Shown here: one piece after another, positions 1 to 9,744 of the stretch | How the letters are laid out: every line of letters begins with the position of its first letter | How positions within the stretch are numbered: position 1 is the first letter of the stretch | Notes under the pieces: generated by a model | What the model was told of the DNA's origin: nothing | Databases searched by the model: none | Seen by the model: the letters and a program-made list of their open reading frames with translations, nothing else | NCBI GenBank assembly: GCA_963720545.1 | Contig: OY970399.1 | Span: 1,536,001-1,600,000 of the forward strand | DNA length: 64,000 bases | DNA from: an uncultured Acidobacteriota bacterium | GTDB lineage: Bacteria > Acidobacteriota > Vicinamibacteria > Fen-336 | Direction of reading: 5' to 3' | Translations under genes and position numbers: made by a program

Positions 1-458
1 TCTTCCGCGGCCGCGATGCCGGCCTCGATCTCCTCGAGGTTGCCGAAGCGCATGATCTTCTTCAGCCGCTCGCGGTCGAAGGTGTCGACGTGGATGTTGA
101 GGCGGCGCAGGCCGGCGGCACGCAGCGGCTTCGCCAGCCGCGGCAGCAGGATGCCGTTGGTGGTCATCGCGATGTCGATGTCGAGGCCCTGCTGCTTCCC
201 CACCGACGCGATGCGAGCGACGATCTCGACGAGGTCGGCGCGCAGCGTCGGCTCGCCGCCGGTCAGGCGGAACTTGCGGAAGCCGACCGCCACCGCGGCG
301 CGTGCGACGGTCTCGATCTCCGCCGCGGTCAGGAGCTCGGGCGAAGGCACGAAGCGCAGGCCGCGCAGCGGCATGCAGTAGACGCACCGCAGGTTGCAGT
401 GGTCGGTGACCGAGATGCGCAGGTAGTTGATGTCGCGCCCGAACCGGTCGGCTGGCAA
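1..458 (-). CDS. moaA: GTP 3',8-cyclase MoaA (radical SAM), 5' part; runs off the left window edge
   Basis: Manual minus-strand translation gives (M)PADRFGRDINYLRISVTDHCNLRCVYCMP with the CxxxCxxC motif and later KFRLTGGEP; TTG start at 458 preceded by GGAGG; divergent from moaD. Confidence 0.93.
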   Translation of the reverse strand, partial: MPADRFGRDINYLRISVTDHCNLRCVYCMPLRGLRFVPSPELLTAAEIETVARAAVAVGFRKFRLTGGEPTLRADLVEIVARIASVGKQQGLDIDIAMTTNGILLPRLAKPLRAAGLRRLNIHVDTFDRERLKKIMRFGNLEEIEAGIAAAE

Positions 459-560
459 GTTAATCCGTCTCCTCCAACAGCTTGAAGAGATCCAGTCTAG
501 CGGTTTGACGCTCCGGCGAGAACGTGGCAACGTGGCGCGTTCGTCCGGTACCCCTGAAAA

Positions 561-806
561 ATGAAAGTCAAAGTGCGACTCTTCGCATCGCTGCGCGAGG
601 ATGCCGGCCGCAACGAGATCGAGGTCGAGCTGCGGCCCCCGGCCACCGTCGAACAGTGCTGGGACGAGCTCGCGGTGCTGGTGCCGGCGCTGCGGCGCCG
701 GCGCGCCCGCCTGATGGCCGCGGTCAACCGCCGCTACGCTGCCTTCGACAAGCGCCTCGACGAGCAGGACGAAGTGGTTTTCATCCCGCCCGTGAGCGGC
801 GGCTAG
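561..806 (+). CDS. moaD: Molybdopterin synthase sulfur carrier subunit (MoaD/ThiS family)
   Basis: 81 aa, starts MKVKVRLFASLRE, ends IPPVSGG; adjacent to moaA. Confidence 0.92.
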   Translation: MKVKVRLFASLREDAGRNEIEVELRPPATVEQCWDELAVLVPALRRRRARLMAAVNRRYAAFDKRLDEQDEVVFIPPVSGG

Positions 807-835
807 CTCCCGTCAATGTTCCCCTGGAGGATTGA

Positions 836-3800
836 ATGATGCGGCGCGTATTCGCCATTGCCGTCCTAGCGATCTCGACATTCGCGGCTTTCGCGCTCGC
901 GGCTCCCAAGGAGAAGAAGCCGGCCGCCGCCGCGGCGCCCGCCGACATCGCCGCCGACATCAACAAGCCGCGCGCCGACGCGCGCAAGGTCGCGTTCGAC
1001 ACCGACGAGGGCACCTGGCTCTCGCTCGACGTGGCGCCCGACGGCAAGACGATCGCCTTCGACCTGCTTGGCGACTTGTACTCGCTGCCGATCGCGGGCG
1101 GCGCCGCCACCCGCCTGACGAGCGGCCCGGGCTACGACACCCAGCCGCGCTTTTCCCCCGACGGCAAGACGATTGCCTTCACCAGCGACCGCAGCGGCAT
1201 CGACAACCTGTGGCTCGTCGACGCCGACGGCAGGAACCCGCGCGCGCTGACCACGGAAAAGGGCAGCTACGTGCGCGGGCCCGCGTGGACGCCGGACGGG
1301 CAATACGTCATGGGGCGCAAGGAAGACGGCACCAAGGCCGGCATCCCACCGGTCGAGCTGTGGCTCTTCCACGTGGACGGCGGCTCGGGCGTGGCGCTCA
1401 CCACCCGCGACGACGCGAGCAACACCTCGGGCGCGGTGGCGGCGAAGAACGGCCGCTTCATCTATTACTCGGCGCGCAAGGCGAACTACAGCTACACGCC
1501 CGACCTCAGCAACGGCCTGTGGCAGATCCACCGCTACGACCGGCGCACGGCCGAGAGCCTGCCGATCACCAACGGCGTCGGCGGCGGCGTGCGGCCGGCG
1601 CTCTCGCCCGACGGCAAGACGCTCGTGTACGTGAGCCGCATCGACAACCAGACGGTGCTGGTGACGCGCGACCTCGATTCGGGGCGCGAGAAGGTGCTGT
1701 CGCGCGAGCTGTCGCGCGACGAGCAGGAAGGCTTCGGCCAGCTCGACATCTGGCCCGGCTACGCGTTCACCCCCGACGGCAACGCGATAGTCTCCTGGAG
1801 CGGCGGCAAGCTGCGGCGCTTCGACGCGCAGAGCGGTGCCGCCACCGTCATTCCGTTCACCGTGCACGTCGAGCAGTGGCTGGCGCCACGGGTCGCGTGG
1901 CAGGACCGCATCGAAGGCGGCGCATTCCGCGCGCGCATCCTGCGCACCGCGAACGCCTCGCCCGACGGCAGCAGGATCGTGTTCGGCGCGCTCGGGCAGA
2001 TCTGGATCCAGGACGTCGCGAACGGCAAGGCCGCCGGGGCGCCGCGCCGCCTTACCTCCTCGCCGCCTGAAGCGCGCGAGTATGCTCCGACCTTTTCACC
2101 CAACGGCAGCTCGGTCGCGTACGTCACCTGGAACGATGCCGAGGGCGGCAACCTGTGGCGCATTCCCGCAACCGGCGGAACCGCGAAGAAGCTGACGACG
2201 GCGCCGGGCCACTACGCCAACCCGACGTGGTCGCAGAAGGGCGACCGCATCAGCGTGATCCGCGGCTCGGGGCTGGAGTTCCGCGGCCGCCAGCCGGAGG
2301 AAGAGGACTATTTCGAGGCGTACTGGCTGAACGCCGACGGCGGCGAGCTGCACCTCGCCACAACCATCAACTCGCCTGGCGGCCTGCGCTTCCACCCGCG
2401 CGCCTTCTGGAGCGCCGACGGCGAGCGGCTCTACATGGCCGAGGCGCTACCGCCGAAGAAGCCGGGCGACATCCCGAAGACCGACCTCGTCTCGGTGCGC
2501 CTCGACGGCAGCGACAAGCGCCAGCACCTGCGCCTGCCCACGGTCGGCGAACTGGTGCCCTCGCCGGACGCGGCGTGGGTCGCGTTCACCTCGCGCGACA
2601 ACGTCTACGTCACTGCCTTTCCGGAAGTCGCGACCAAGGAGCCGGCCGAGGTCTCGATCAAGGATGGCGCAGTGCCGGTGTTCCGGCTCAGCCAGTCGGC
2701 CGGCGCCTACGTCGGCTGGAACGGCGACTCGAAGTCACTGACCTGGATCTTCGGCAACGAATTCCACCGCGCCGCGGTTGCCGACATCCTCAAGTGGAGC
2801 GCCGACGAAAAGAAGAAGGCGGCGGAGAAGGACAAGAAGGAAACCGAGAAGGGCAAGAAGGACGCAAGCGACGCCGCCGCCCCGAAGAAGGACGACACCA
2901 TTCTCGAGCTGGCGCCGAGCCAGGCGATCGCGATCGACCTGCAGGTGCCGCATTCGGTGCCCGCCGGCGCGTTCGTGGTGCGCAATGCGCGCGTCATCAC
3001 CATGAAGGGCGACGAGGTGCTGGAGCGCGCCGACATCGTGGTGAGCGGCAACCGCATCAGCGCCATCGGCGCGGCCGGCTCGCTCAAGGTGCCGCAGGGC
3101 GCGCGCGAGTTCGACGCCGCCGGCAAGACCGTCATCCCCGGCCTCATCGACACCCATGCGCACCTGCACTACTCGGGGTACGAGATCTTCCCCGACCACA
3201 AGTGGGAATACGACACCAACCTCGCGTACGGCGTCACCACCACCTACGACCCGTCGGCGCCGTCGCACGACACGTTTTCGCAGGCCGAGATGGTGGACGC
3301 CGGGCTGCTGACCGGGCCGCGCACCTACTCCTCGGGCGACGTGCTCTACGGCGGCCAGGCGTTCGACATCTGGGCGGATGCGGACACCCAGGCCGATGCC
3401 ATCCGCCAGATCCGCCGCATGAAGGCGTACGGCGCGCAGATGGTGAAGGTGTACCAGCAGCCACGGCGCTCGGCGCGCATGTATCTCGCCGAAGCCTGCC
3501 GCAAGGAAAAGATGCTGATGACCGCCGAGGGCGGCGGCGAGCTCTCGACCGACATGACCATGGTGCTCGACGGCTTCACCGCCTTCGAGCACGCGCTGCC
3601 GGTGCACCTTTACAAGGACGTCGTCGAGCTCGTCGCCCGCTCCGGGACGTACTACACGCCGACGCTGCTGGTGGCGTACGGCGGCCCGTGGGGCGAGCTC
3701 TACTATTACCAGGTGCGAAACCCGCATGACGATGCGAAGCTGCGCCGCTTCGTGCCGCACCGGCAACTCGACCGCCTCGGCCGCCGCCACCCCTTCTACC

Positions 3801-4225
3801 CGCTCGAGGAGTACCACTTCCAGGATGTCGGCACGGGTGCCGCCGACGTGGTGCGGGCGGGCGGCAACGTCTCGCTCGGTGCGCACGGCCAGTTGCAGGG
3901 ACTCGGCGTGCACTGGGAGCTGTGGGCTCTTGCCGGCGAAAACGCCGACAAGGGCGGGCCGGGCATGACGCCGATGCAGGCGCTGCGCGCAGCGACGCTC
4001 GCGGCCGCCGACAAGATCGGCTTCGCTCCCGACCTTGGCTCGGTGGAGGCCGGCAAGCTCGCCGACTTCGTGATCCTCGACAAGGATCCGCTGGCCGACA
4101 TCCACAACAGCAACTCGGTGTCGCTGGTGGTGAAGAACGGCGAGGTCTACGAAGGCGAGACGCTGAAGCGCCTGTGGCCGACGGAGAAGCCGGCGCCGAA
4201 GTACTTCTGGCAGAACGGGCAGTAG
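836..4225 (+). CDS. Secreted amidohydrolase with N-terminal TolB/PD40 beta-propeller repeats
   Basis: Signal peptide, repeated (F/W)SPDG motifs, PGLIDTHAH metal motif, GSVEAGKLADFVIL C-terminal motif. Confidence 0.88.
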   Translation: MMRRVFAIAVLAISTFAAFALAAPKEKKPAAAAAPADIAADINKPRADARKVAFDTDEGTWLSLDVAPDGKTIAFDLLGDLYSLPIAGGAATRLTSGPGYDTQPRFSPDGKTIAFTSDRSGIDNLWLVDADGRNPRALTTEKGSYVRGPAWTPDGQYVMGRKEDGTKAGIPPVELWLFHVDGGSGVALTTRDDASNTSGAVAAKNGRFIYYSARKANYSYTPDLSNGLWQIHRYDRRTAESLPITNGVGGGVRPALSPDGKTLVYVSRIDNQTVLVTRDLDSGREKVLSRELSRDEQEGFGQLDIWPGYAFTPDGNAIVSWSGGKLRRFDAQSGAATVIPFTVHVEQWLAPRVAWQDRIEGGAFRARILRTANASPDGSRIVFGALGQIWIQDVANGKAAGAPRRLTSSPPEAREYAPTFSPNGSSVAYVTWNDAEGGNLWRIPATGGTAKKLTTAPGHYANPTWSQKGDRISVIRGSGLEFRGRQPEEEDYFEAYWLNADGGELHLATTINSPGGLRFHPRAFWSADGERLYMAEALPPKKPGDIPKTDLVSVRLDGSDKRQHLRLPTVGELVPSPDAAWVAFTSRDNVYVTAFPEVATKEPAEVSIKDGAVPVFRLSQSAGAYVGWNGDSKSLTWIFGNEFHRAAVADILKWSADEKKKAAEKDKKETEKGKKDASDAAAPKKDDTILELAPSQAIAIDLQVPHSVPAGAFVVRNARVITMKGDEVLERADIVVSGNRISAIGAAGSLKVPQGAREFDAAGKTVIPGLIDTHAHLHYSGYEIFPDHKWEYDTNLAYGVTTTYDPSAPSHDTFSQAEMVDAGLLTGPRTYSSGDVLYGGQAFDIWADADTQADAIRQIRRMKAYGAQMVKVYQQPRRSARMYLAEACRKEKMLMTAEGGGELSTDMTMVLDGFTAFEHALPVHLYKDVVELVARSGTYYTPTLLVAYGGPWGELYYYQVRNPHDDAKLRRFVPHRQLDRLGRRHPFYPLEEYHFQDVGTGAADVVRAGGNVSLGAHGQLQGLGVHWELWALAGENADKGGPGMTPMQALRAATLAAADKIGFAPDLGSVEAGKLADFVILDKDPLADIHNSNSVSLVVKNGEVYEGETLKRLWPTEKPAPKYFWQNGQ

Positions 4226-4337
4226 CGGAACGAACGGACCGAACGCTTCCCAAGGAACGGACGCTTCCCAGGAACTAAATCTGTTACGAACGTCCTCGCG
4301 TTCCTTCGGAACGCTCCGGGGGGTCGGAACGCTCCGG
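4226..4337. repeat. Short imperfect direct repeats between convergent genes
   Basis: ACGCTTCCCA(A)GGAAC at 4243 and 4261; CGGAACGCTCCGG at 4307 and 4325; many GAAC words. Confidence 0.6.
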
Positions 4338-5063
4338 AGCGGGAAGCGACAACTTCCATCCCGCCCCACGCACCGTGACGAGGTGCGTGGGTTCTGCCGG
4401 ATTGTCTTCAATGAAGCGGCGCAGCCGCACGACGAAGTTGTCGACGGCGCGGGTCTCGGTGTCGGCGGCGAGGTTCCAGACTTTCTCGAGGATCTCGCCG
4501 CGGCTCACCACGCGGCCGGCATTCTGGTGGAGCAAGCGGAGAAACGCCGCTTCCAGCAGCGTCAGGCCTTCCGTCTGGCCGCGGGTGGTGATCTCGAAGT
4601 TCAGGAAGTCCACGGTCGCGATGCCGATCTGCACCCTCGCCGGCGCGGTGTCGCCGGCGGCACGCGTCCAGTCGCGGCGCCGCAGCAGGCTGCGCACTCG
4701 CGCCAGCAGCACGCCAAGGTCGAAGGGCTTCGACAGGTAGTCGTCGGCGCCGACCGTGAGGCCGTGGACCACGTCCTCGGTGAGTGAACGGGCGGTGAGC
4801 ATGAGGATCGGTGTCAGGTCGCCCTGCTGGCGCGCCCGGGTCGTCACCTCGAAGCCGTCGAGGCCCGGCAGCATCAGGTCGAGGATCACCAGGTCGTAGC
4901 GCTCGGCGCTCGCGGTGATCTGCTGCAGCGCGGCGGTGCCGTCCCCCACCACGTCCACCTCGTAGCCTTCGGCTTCGAGGTTGAAGCGGATGCCGTCGGC
5001 GAGGTGCTCCTCGTCCTCCACCACCAGGATGCGCGGGCTGGCAACGGTTCCGGGCGCAGCCAT
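4284..5063 (-). CDS. OmpR/PhoB-family response regulator
   Basis: RILVVEDE, DLVILDLMLPGLDG, GADDYLSKPF receiver motifs and TVRGAGW wHTH end; ATG at 5063 overlaps the kinase stop (track ORF over-extended to 5336). Confidence 0.93.
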   Translation of the reverse strand: MAAPGTVASPRILVVEDEEHLADGIRFNLEAEGYEVDVVGDGTAALQQITASAERYDLVILDLMLPGLDGFEVTTRARQQGDLTPILMLTARSLTEDVVHGLTVGADDYLSKPFDLGVLLARVRSLLRRRDWTRAAGDTAPARVQIGIATVDFLNFEITTRGQTEGLTLLEAAFLRLLHQNAGRVVSRGEILEKVWNLAADTETRAVDNFVVRLRRFIEDNPAEPTHLVTVRGAGWKLSLPAPERSDPPERSEGTRGRS

Positions 5064-6028
5064 CAGGCAGCCTCCACATCGGCGGAAACGCCCGGCACGA
5101 TCAGCGTGAAAGTCGAGCCCTTGTCGGGGCCGAGGCTGTCGGCCAGCACCTCGCCCTTGTGGCGGCGCGCCACCGCACGCACGATGAAGAGGCCGAGGCC
5201 GGTGCCGGTGTGGCTGCGCCGCACTTCGGCACCGATGCGATAGAAGCGGTTGAAGACGAAGCGCAGATGCGCGCGTGTCATGCCCACGCCCTGGTCGGCG
5301 ACCCGCAGGTGGGCGCGCCGCGCTGCGTCGCTCCACAGCGACACCTCGACGCGCACCTGGTCCTTGGAGTACTTGACGGCATTGTCGAGCAGGTTCAGCA
5401 CCGCCGTCTCCAGTGCGGCTGCCTCGCCCAGCAGCCCGAGGCTCGGCGGCCCCTCGAAGCGCAGCGCCTCCGGCGGCAGCTGGTTGCGGATGCGGGTCAG
5501 CTCGATCGCACGCTCCACCAGCCGCCCGTAGTCGAGCGGCTTGGGGTCGAAGGCCGCGGCATCGGCGTACATCGCGGCGTTCAACACGTTGTTGATGGAT
5601 GCCGTCAGGCGGTCGAGGTCGTCGCGCATGGTGCCGTAGAAGTGCTGGCGCTGCTCGGCGGTGACCTCGCGCATCTGCAGGGTGTCGAGGTAGAGCCGCA
5701 GCGATGCCACCGGCGTCTTCAGTTCGTGGGTCACGGCGCTCACGAAGTTCGACTGCCGCTCGTTGAGGCGCACCTCGCGCAGCAGCAGGACCACCAGCAG
5801 GCCGAGGCCGGCGACCAGCAGCAGCGACAGCAAGGTGCCGAAGAAGTAAGTGAGCCAGCGCAGGCCCGCGACCTCACCAGCGCGCTCACCGGCCTCCGTG
5901 GCGCCGAGGATCTGGAAGCCAACGGTGAGCGCCACCGCCACCACGATGGTGGTGATGCCGACCGTGACGTAGAACCACTTCGAGCGCTTGGCCGACGACA
6001 ACTGGGTGGGCGGTGGCACGAGAGCCAT
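5063..6028 (-). CDS. Sensor histidine kinase (2 TM, HisKA + HATPase)
   Basis: THELKTP H-box, NLLDNAVKY N-box, DQGVG and GTGLGL G-boxes; two N-terminal hydrophobic helices. Confidence 0.93.
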   Translation of the reverse strand: MALVPPPTQLSSAKRSKWFYVTVGITTIVVAVALTVGFQILGATEAGERAGEVAGLRWLTYFFGTLLSLLLVAGLGLLVVLLLREVRLNERQSNFVSAVTHELKTPVASLRLYLDTLQMREVTAEQRQHFYGTMRDDLDRLTASINNVLNAAMYADAAAFDPKPLDYGRLVERAIELTRIRNQLPPEALRFEGPPSLGLLGEAAALETAVLNLLDNAVKYSKDQVRVEVSLWSDAARRAHLRVADQGVGMTRAHLRFVFNRFYRIGAEVRRSHTGTGLGLFIVRAVARRHKGEVLADSLGPDKGSTFTLIVPGVSADVEAA

Positions 6029-6043
6029 TCTCCGACATGCGGT

Positions 6044-6073
6044 TTGACGCCGCCATCGCCGGTGCCCTACCGT
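6044..6073 (+). promoter_or_regulatory. Putative sigma70-type promoter of the TonB-dependent receptor
   Basis: TTGACG (6044-6049), 18 nt spacer, TACCGT (6068-6073); ATG at 6083. Confidence 0.4.
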
Positions 6074-6082
6074 AGACAGCTC

Positions 6083-8746
6083 ATGTCAAGAACCCCTCTT
6101 CCCCTCCATTTGCTGGCCTTTTTGGCGCCTGTCCTGCTGGCGGCGCAGGCCGCCTCGGCCGCCGTCGTGAGAGGCACGATCACGGACGCAAGCGGCGCGC
6201 CGGTCGTGAACGCCGCCGTACGCCTCGAGAACGCGGCTTCCGGCGAGGAGCGCGGCGCGCAAAGCGGCAGCGACGGCTCGTACTCTTTCGATGGGCTCGC
6301 GACAGGCGCCTACCGCGTGAGCGCCCGCGCCGCCGGCTTCTCGGAGGCGGCGAGGCACTTCGCGGTCGAGGGGGCCGAGGCGTCGGTTGCCGCCGACCTC
6401 AAGCTCAGCATCGGCACACTCGCGGCAAGCGTCACGGTGACCGCGGCACGCAACCTGCGCGACTCGCAGTCGATCCCGCTGCGCGCCGAGACCCTCGGCC
6501 AGGAGGAGCTGGCGCGCGACAACCCGGCTTCGACCGGAGACTTCCTGGTGCGCGCACCCGGGATTTCACTGGTCGCTAACGGCCCGTTCCAGGTCCGGCC
6601 GCGGCTGCGCGGCCTCGACTCGACGCGGGTGCTCGTCCTCATCGACGGCGAGCGCCTCAACAATGCCCGCACCGCCACCGATCGCGCCGGCGTCGAGGTG
6701 GGCCTCGTAGACGTGGCCGAGATCGAGCGCGTCGAGATCGTCAGCGGCTCGGGGTCGGTGCTCTACGGGACCGACGCGCTGTCGGGCACCATCAACATAC
6801 TCACGCGCCAGCCGCGACCAGGCGAGGCCTGGCGGATGAGCGGCGGCGGCCGCGGCTATTTCAGCAGCAATGAGAACGGCTGGCGCGGCACCGCGAGCCT
6901 CGGCGTTTCCGGCCCGCGAGTTGCCGCGCGCGTGTCGCTGTCGAAGGAAAGCTTCGACGACTACCGCGCGGGCGGCGATTTCCGCGAGTCGAGCCTGCCG
7001 CGCTTCGCCGACGGCACGCTGCACCAGGCCGACACCATCGACGACAACTTCCCGCCGTTTCGCTTCCGCGCGTTCCCCGATCCGTTCAACGCCCCGTTCA
7101 CGCGCAGCACCGACGTCGTCGCCAATTCCGCCGCGCAAGCGAACAACCTGGCGGCAGCAGTGACCTGGGAGCCGACCGCCAGCCAGACCTTGAGTGCCAA
7201 ATACACCCGGCGGCACGCGAGCGACATCGGCTTCCCCGACTTCGAGCCGCCGCTCTTTTTCCAGGGCATCCGGCTGCCGTTCAGCAACCTCGACAAGTGG
7301 AGCGCTCGCTACGAGGCGCGCAATCTGTCGCCGACCTTCGCGAGCCTGCGGGCCACGGCCTACTACCAGCGGCAGGACCGCAACCTGCAGAACATCGCCA
7401 TCCCGGTACAGTTTCCGGCACCGACAGCGCAGACGTTCTTCCCGATCAACGTGTTCCGCCTGCTCATCGACAGCTCGACCGAGCAGCTGGTGAAGACGCC
7501 GGGCCTCGACGTGCAGGGCACCTTCCTGCTCTCGCCGCGCAACGTGTTCACCGCCGGGTTCACGCTCTACGAGGACCGCAGCCGCGACCATCGCACTGCG
7601 ACGACCCGGACGTACCTGGTCGGCAACGTCGCGCTCGGGCCGCGCGGACCGCAGGCGAACGTCTTCGACTCGCCGCTGCTGCTGGGCCAGTCGCCGTTGA
7701 CGTTTCCGTCGCGGGTGCCCGACGCTTCGCTGCGCGACTTCGGCGTGTTCGCGCAGGACGAGTGGGACCTCGCCGGCCGGCTGCACGTGGTGGCCGGCGT
7801 GCGCCTCGACTCGTACCGCGTCACGACCGACCCGACGCCGGGCTACGACGTGGCGCCCGTGGTTGCGGGTGCCACGCCGGCGATCGACCCGTCCACACTG
7901 CCGGACCCAGCCGGCGAACGCATCGCGCGCACCGCGTTCACGGGCGACGTCGGCGCCGTCTACAAACTCAACGACCGCGCCAGCCTCATCGCCCACTACG
8001 GCCGCAGCTTCCGCCACCCGAACCTCGAGGAGCTGCTGTTCGCGGGGCCGGCGACCGCCGGCAACATCGCGCCGAACATCAAGGTCGAGCCGGAGAAGGG
8101 CGACAACCTCGACCTCGGCCTCAAGGTGCGCTCGGGCCGCGTCGCCGAGCAGATTTCTCTGTTCCGCAACACCTACCACGGCTTCATCTCGCAGGAGTTC
8201 GTGGCGGCGCTGCCGGGCAACTCGTTCCTGGCGCAGGCGATCAACTTCTCGAAGGTGCGCATCCAGGGCATCGAAGCCGAGACCGAGGTGCCGTTCACGC
8301 TCGGCGCCGCGCTGTGCACCGCGTGGGCGTCGGCGGCCTATACCCACGGACAGATCATCGCCGCCACCAACCCGCTTACCGGCGACTCGCTCGACGACAC
8401 GCCGGCCGACAACATCTCGCCGCTCAAGGTGATGAGCGGGCTGCGGGTCAGCGACCGGCGCGGCCGGCTGTGGGCCGAGTACGGCAACCGCATCCAGAAA
8501 AAGGTGGCACGGGTGTCGACACTCCTGTCAGGTTCGCCGTTCGCGATCGCCCAGGACTTTTTCGGTCTGGGCGGCTTCACCATCCACCGGCTGGCCGCCG
8601 GCTACAACTGGACACTGCGCGGCCGCGACGCCGGCGTCACCGTGGCGCTCGAGAACCTCGGCGACCGCTTCTACCGCGAGCAGTTCCAGTTCGCGCCGGC
8701 GCGCGGCCGGAGTTTCACCGTGGCTTTGCGCCTGGAGCGCCCGTAG
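6083..8746 (+). CDS. TonB-dependent receptor with N-terminal carboxypeptidase-regulatory-like domain
   Basis: Signal peptide from ATG 6083; VRGTITDASGAPVVNAAV; plug motif VLVLIDGERL...IERVEIVSGSGSVLYGTDALSGTINI; FRHP and PNIKVEPE motifs; C-terminal beta strand. Confidence 0.92.
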   Translation: MSRTPLPLHLLAFLAPVLLAAQAASAAVVRGTITDASGAPVVNAAVRLENAASGEERGAQSGSDGSYSFDGLATGAYRVSARAAGFSEAARHFAVEGAEASVAADLKLSIGTLAASVTVTAARNLRDSQSIPLRAETLGQEELARDNPASTGDFLVRAPGISLVANGPFQVRPRLRGLDSTRVLVLIDGERLNNARTATDRAGVEVGLVDVAEIERVEIVSGSGSVLYGTDALSGTINILTRQPRPGEAWRMSGGGRGYFSSNENGWRGTASLGVSGPRVAARVSLSKESFDDYRAGGDFRESSLPRFADGTLHQADTIDDNFPPFRFRAFPDPFNAPFTRSTDVVANSAAQANNLAAAVTWEPTASQTLSAKYTRRHASDIGFPDFEPPLFFQGIRLPFSNLDKWSARYEARNLSPTFASLRATAYYQRQDRNLQNIAIPVQFPAPTAQTFFPINVFRLLIDSSTEQLVKTPGLDVQGTFLLSPRNVFTAGFTLYEDRSRDHRTATTRTYLVGNVALGPRGPQANVFDSPLLLGQSPLTFPSRVPDASLRDFGVFAQDEWDLAGRLHVVAGVRLDSYRVTTDPTPGYDVAPVVAGATPAIDPSTLPDPAGERIARTAFTGDVGAVYKLNDRASLIAHYGRSFRHPNLEELLFAGPATAGNIAPNIKVEPEKGDNLDLGLKVRSGRVAEQISLFRNTYHGFISQEFVAALPGNSFLAQAINFSKVRIQGIEAETEVPFTLGAALCTAWASAAYTHGQIIAATNPLTGDSLDDTPADNISPLKVMSGLRVSDRRGRLWAEYGNRIQKKVARVSTLLSGSPFAIAQDFFGLGGFTIHRLAAGYNWTLRGRDAGVTVALENLGDRFYREQFQFAPARGRSFTVALRLERP

Positions 8747-8761
8747 GTTCGCGCACCAGAT

Positions 8762-9370
8762 TCACTTGGTGCAGCGGTAGACGAACGCCGGCGGGGTGTT
8801 GAGCCAGACGATCGGCGTGCGCTCGACCAGGCTGAAGTGGCGCTGCAGCAGCCGCTTCAGCGCGCGGCCCTGCGGCAGGAACGCGCCCGAGATGTAGGCG
8901 AAGGTGGCAAACCGGCCGCCGGGGGCGAGCGCCGCGCTGACGGCGCCGAGCAGGCGTTCCTGCAATTCGTTCGGGAAGGCCGCCCACGGCAGGCTGCTGA
9001 TGACGCACTCGACCGAATCGCGGCCGTGCTTTTGCAGTTGCGCGCCGATCGTCTCGGCCGACTCGCTGACGATGTGGAAGCGCGGGAACTCCGCGACCAG
9101 CGGGCGCGCCATCTCGGCGTTGATCTCGAACACCAGCACCAGCGCGTCCTCCCGGCAGTTCTGCGCGATCATGCGGGTGAAGACACCAGTGCCGGGTCCG
9201 AGTTCCGCGATCGCGCGCGCCTTCTCGAGGCCCACGCCCGACACGATGACTCGGCCGAGGTCGTCCGAGCTCGGCAGCACCGCGCCGACGTCGTGCGGGC
9301 GGCGCAGGAACTCCTTGAAGAACTTGCGGCGGTCGCCGACGCGGCGGCCCGAGGCCCTCAGGCCACGCAC
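8762..9370 (-). CDS. SAM-dependent methyltransferase, PmtA-like phospholipid N-methyltransferase family
   Basis: FFKEFLRRPHDVGAVLPSS, ELGPGTG, VISSLPW, WLNTPPAFVY; GTG start at 9370 is a guess. Confidence 0.8.
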   Translation of the reverse strand: MRGLRASGRRVGDRRKFFKEFLRRPHDVGAVLPSSDDLGRVIVSGVGLEKARAIAELGPGTGVFTRMIAQNCREDALVLVFEINAEMARPLVAEFPRFHIVSESAETIGAQLQKHGRDSVECVISSLPWAAFPNELQERLLGAVSAALAPGGRFATFAYISGAFLPQGRALKRLLQRHFSLVERTPIVWLNTPPAFVYRCTK

Positions 9371-9744
9371 ACGTAGTCCTTGAGGATTCCGGCGTCGTCG
9401 AAGAACAGGAAGTAGGTGACGTCGCCCACCTGGTGGACACGCATGGCGCTGGAGCGCGCCGCACGCTCGGCAATGTCCGCGGCACGCCGGCCGCCCCAGC
9501 GATCGGCAGCGGCGCGCATCTCCTGCTGGTCGCTGGTCGCAAGCAGCAGCGGGCTGCCCTCGGCGGCAAGCCCCCGGCTCAGCCGCTCGGCGCTCGGCGC
9601 CTGCAGCAGCACCTTGCGCAGGCGCGCGTCGTGCAGCGTGAGGCGCCGCGCGTCGTATGCCCACGAACCGATCCACAACGTGGCCGCGAGCAACACGCCG
9701 CTCGCCGCCGCGGCCGCGGCGATGATGGCGCGCTTAGGGAGCAC
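9358..9744 (-). CDS. Hypothetical membrane-anchored protein
   Basis: 128 aa, N-terminal hydrophobic helix, overlaps both neighbours in an operon. Confidence 0.65.
   Translation of the reverse strand: MLPKRAIIAAAAAASGVLLAATLWIGSWAYDARRLTLHDARLRKVLLQAPSAERLSRGLAAEGSPLLLATSDQQEMRAAADRWGGRRAADIAERAARSSAMRVHQVGDVTYFLFFDDAGILKDYVCVA

Noticed and set aside
459..560. Moco riboswitch upstream of moaA or moaD
   Set aside because: The gap is about 100 bp, shared by two promoters, and shows no recognisable multi-stem structure
4226..4337. Possible mini-CRISPR or LexA boxes
   Set aside because: Repeats are too short and nearly adjacent, with no spacers or cas genes; GAAC spacing does not fit GAAC-N7-GAAC; the site lies between convergent 3' ends
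5159..6082. N-terminal extension of the TonB receptor ORF
   Set aside because: Antisense to the histidine kinase; the signal peptide begins at ATG 6083
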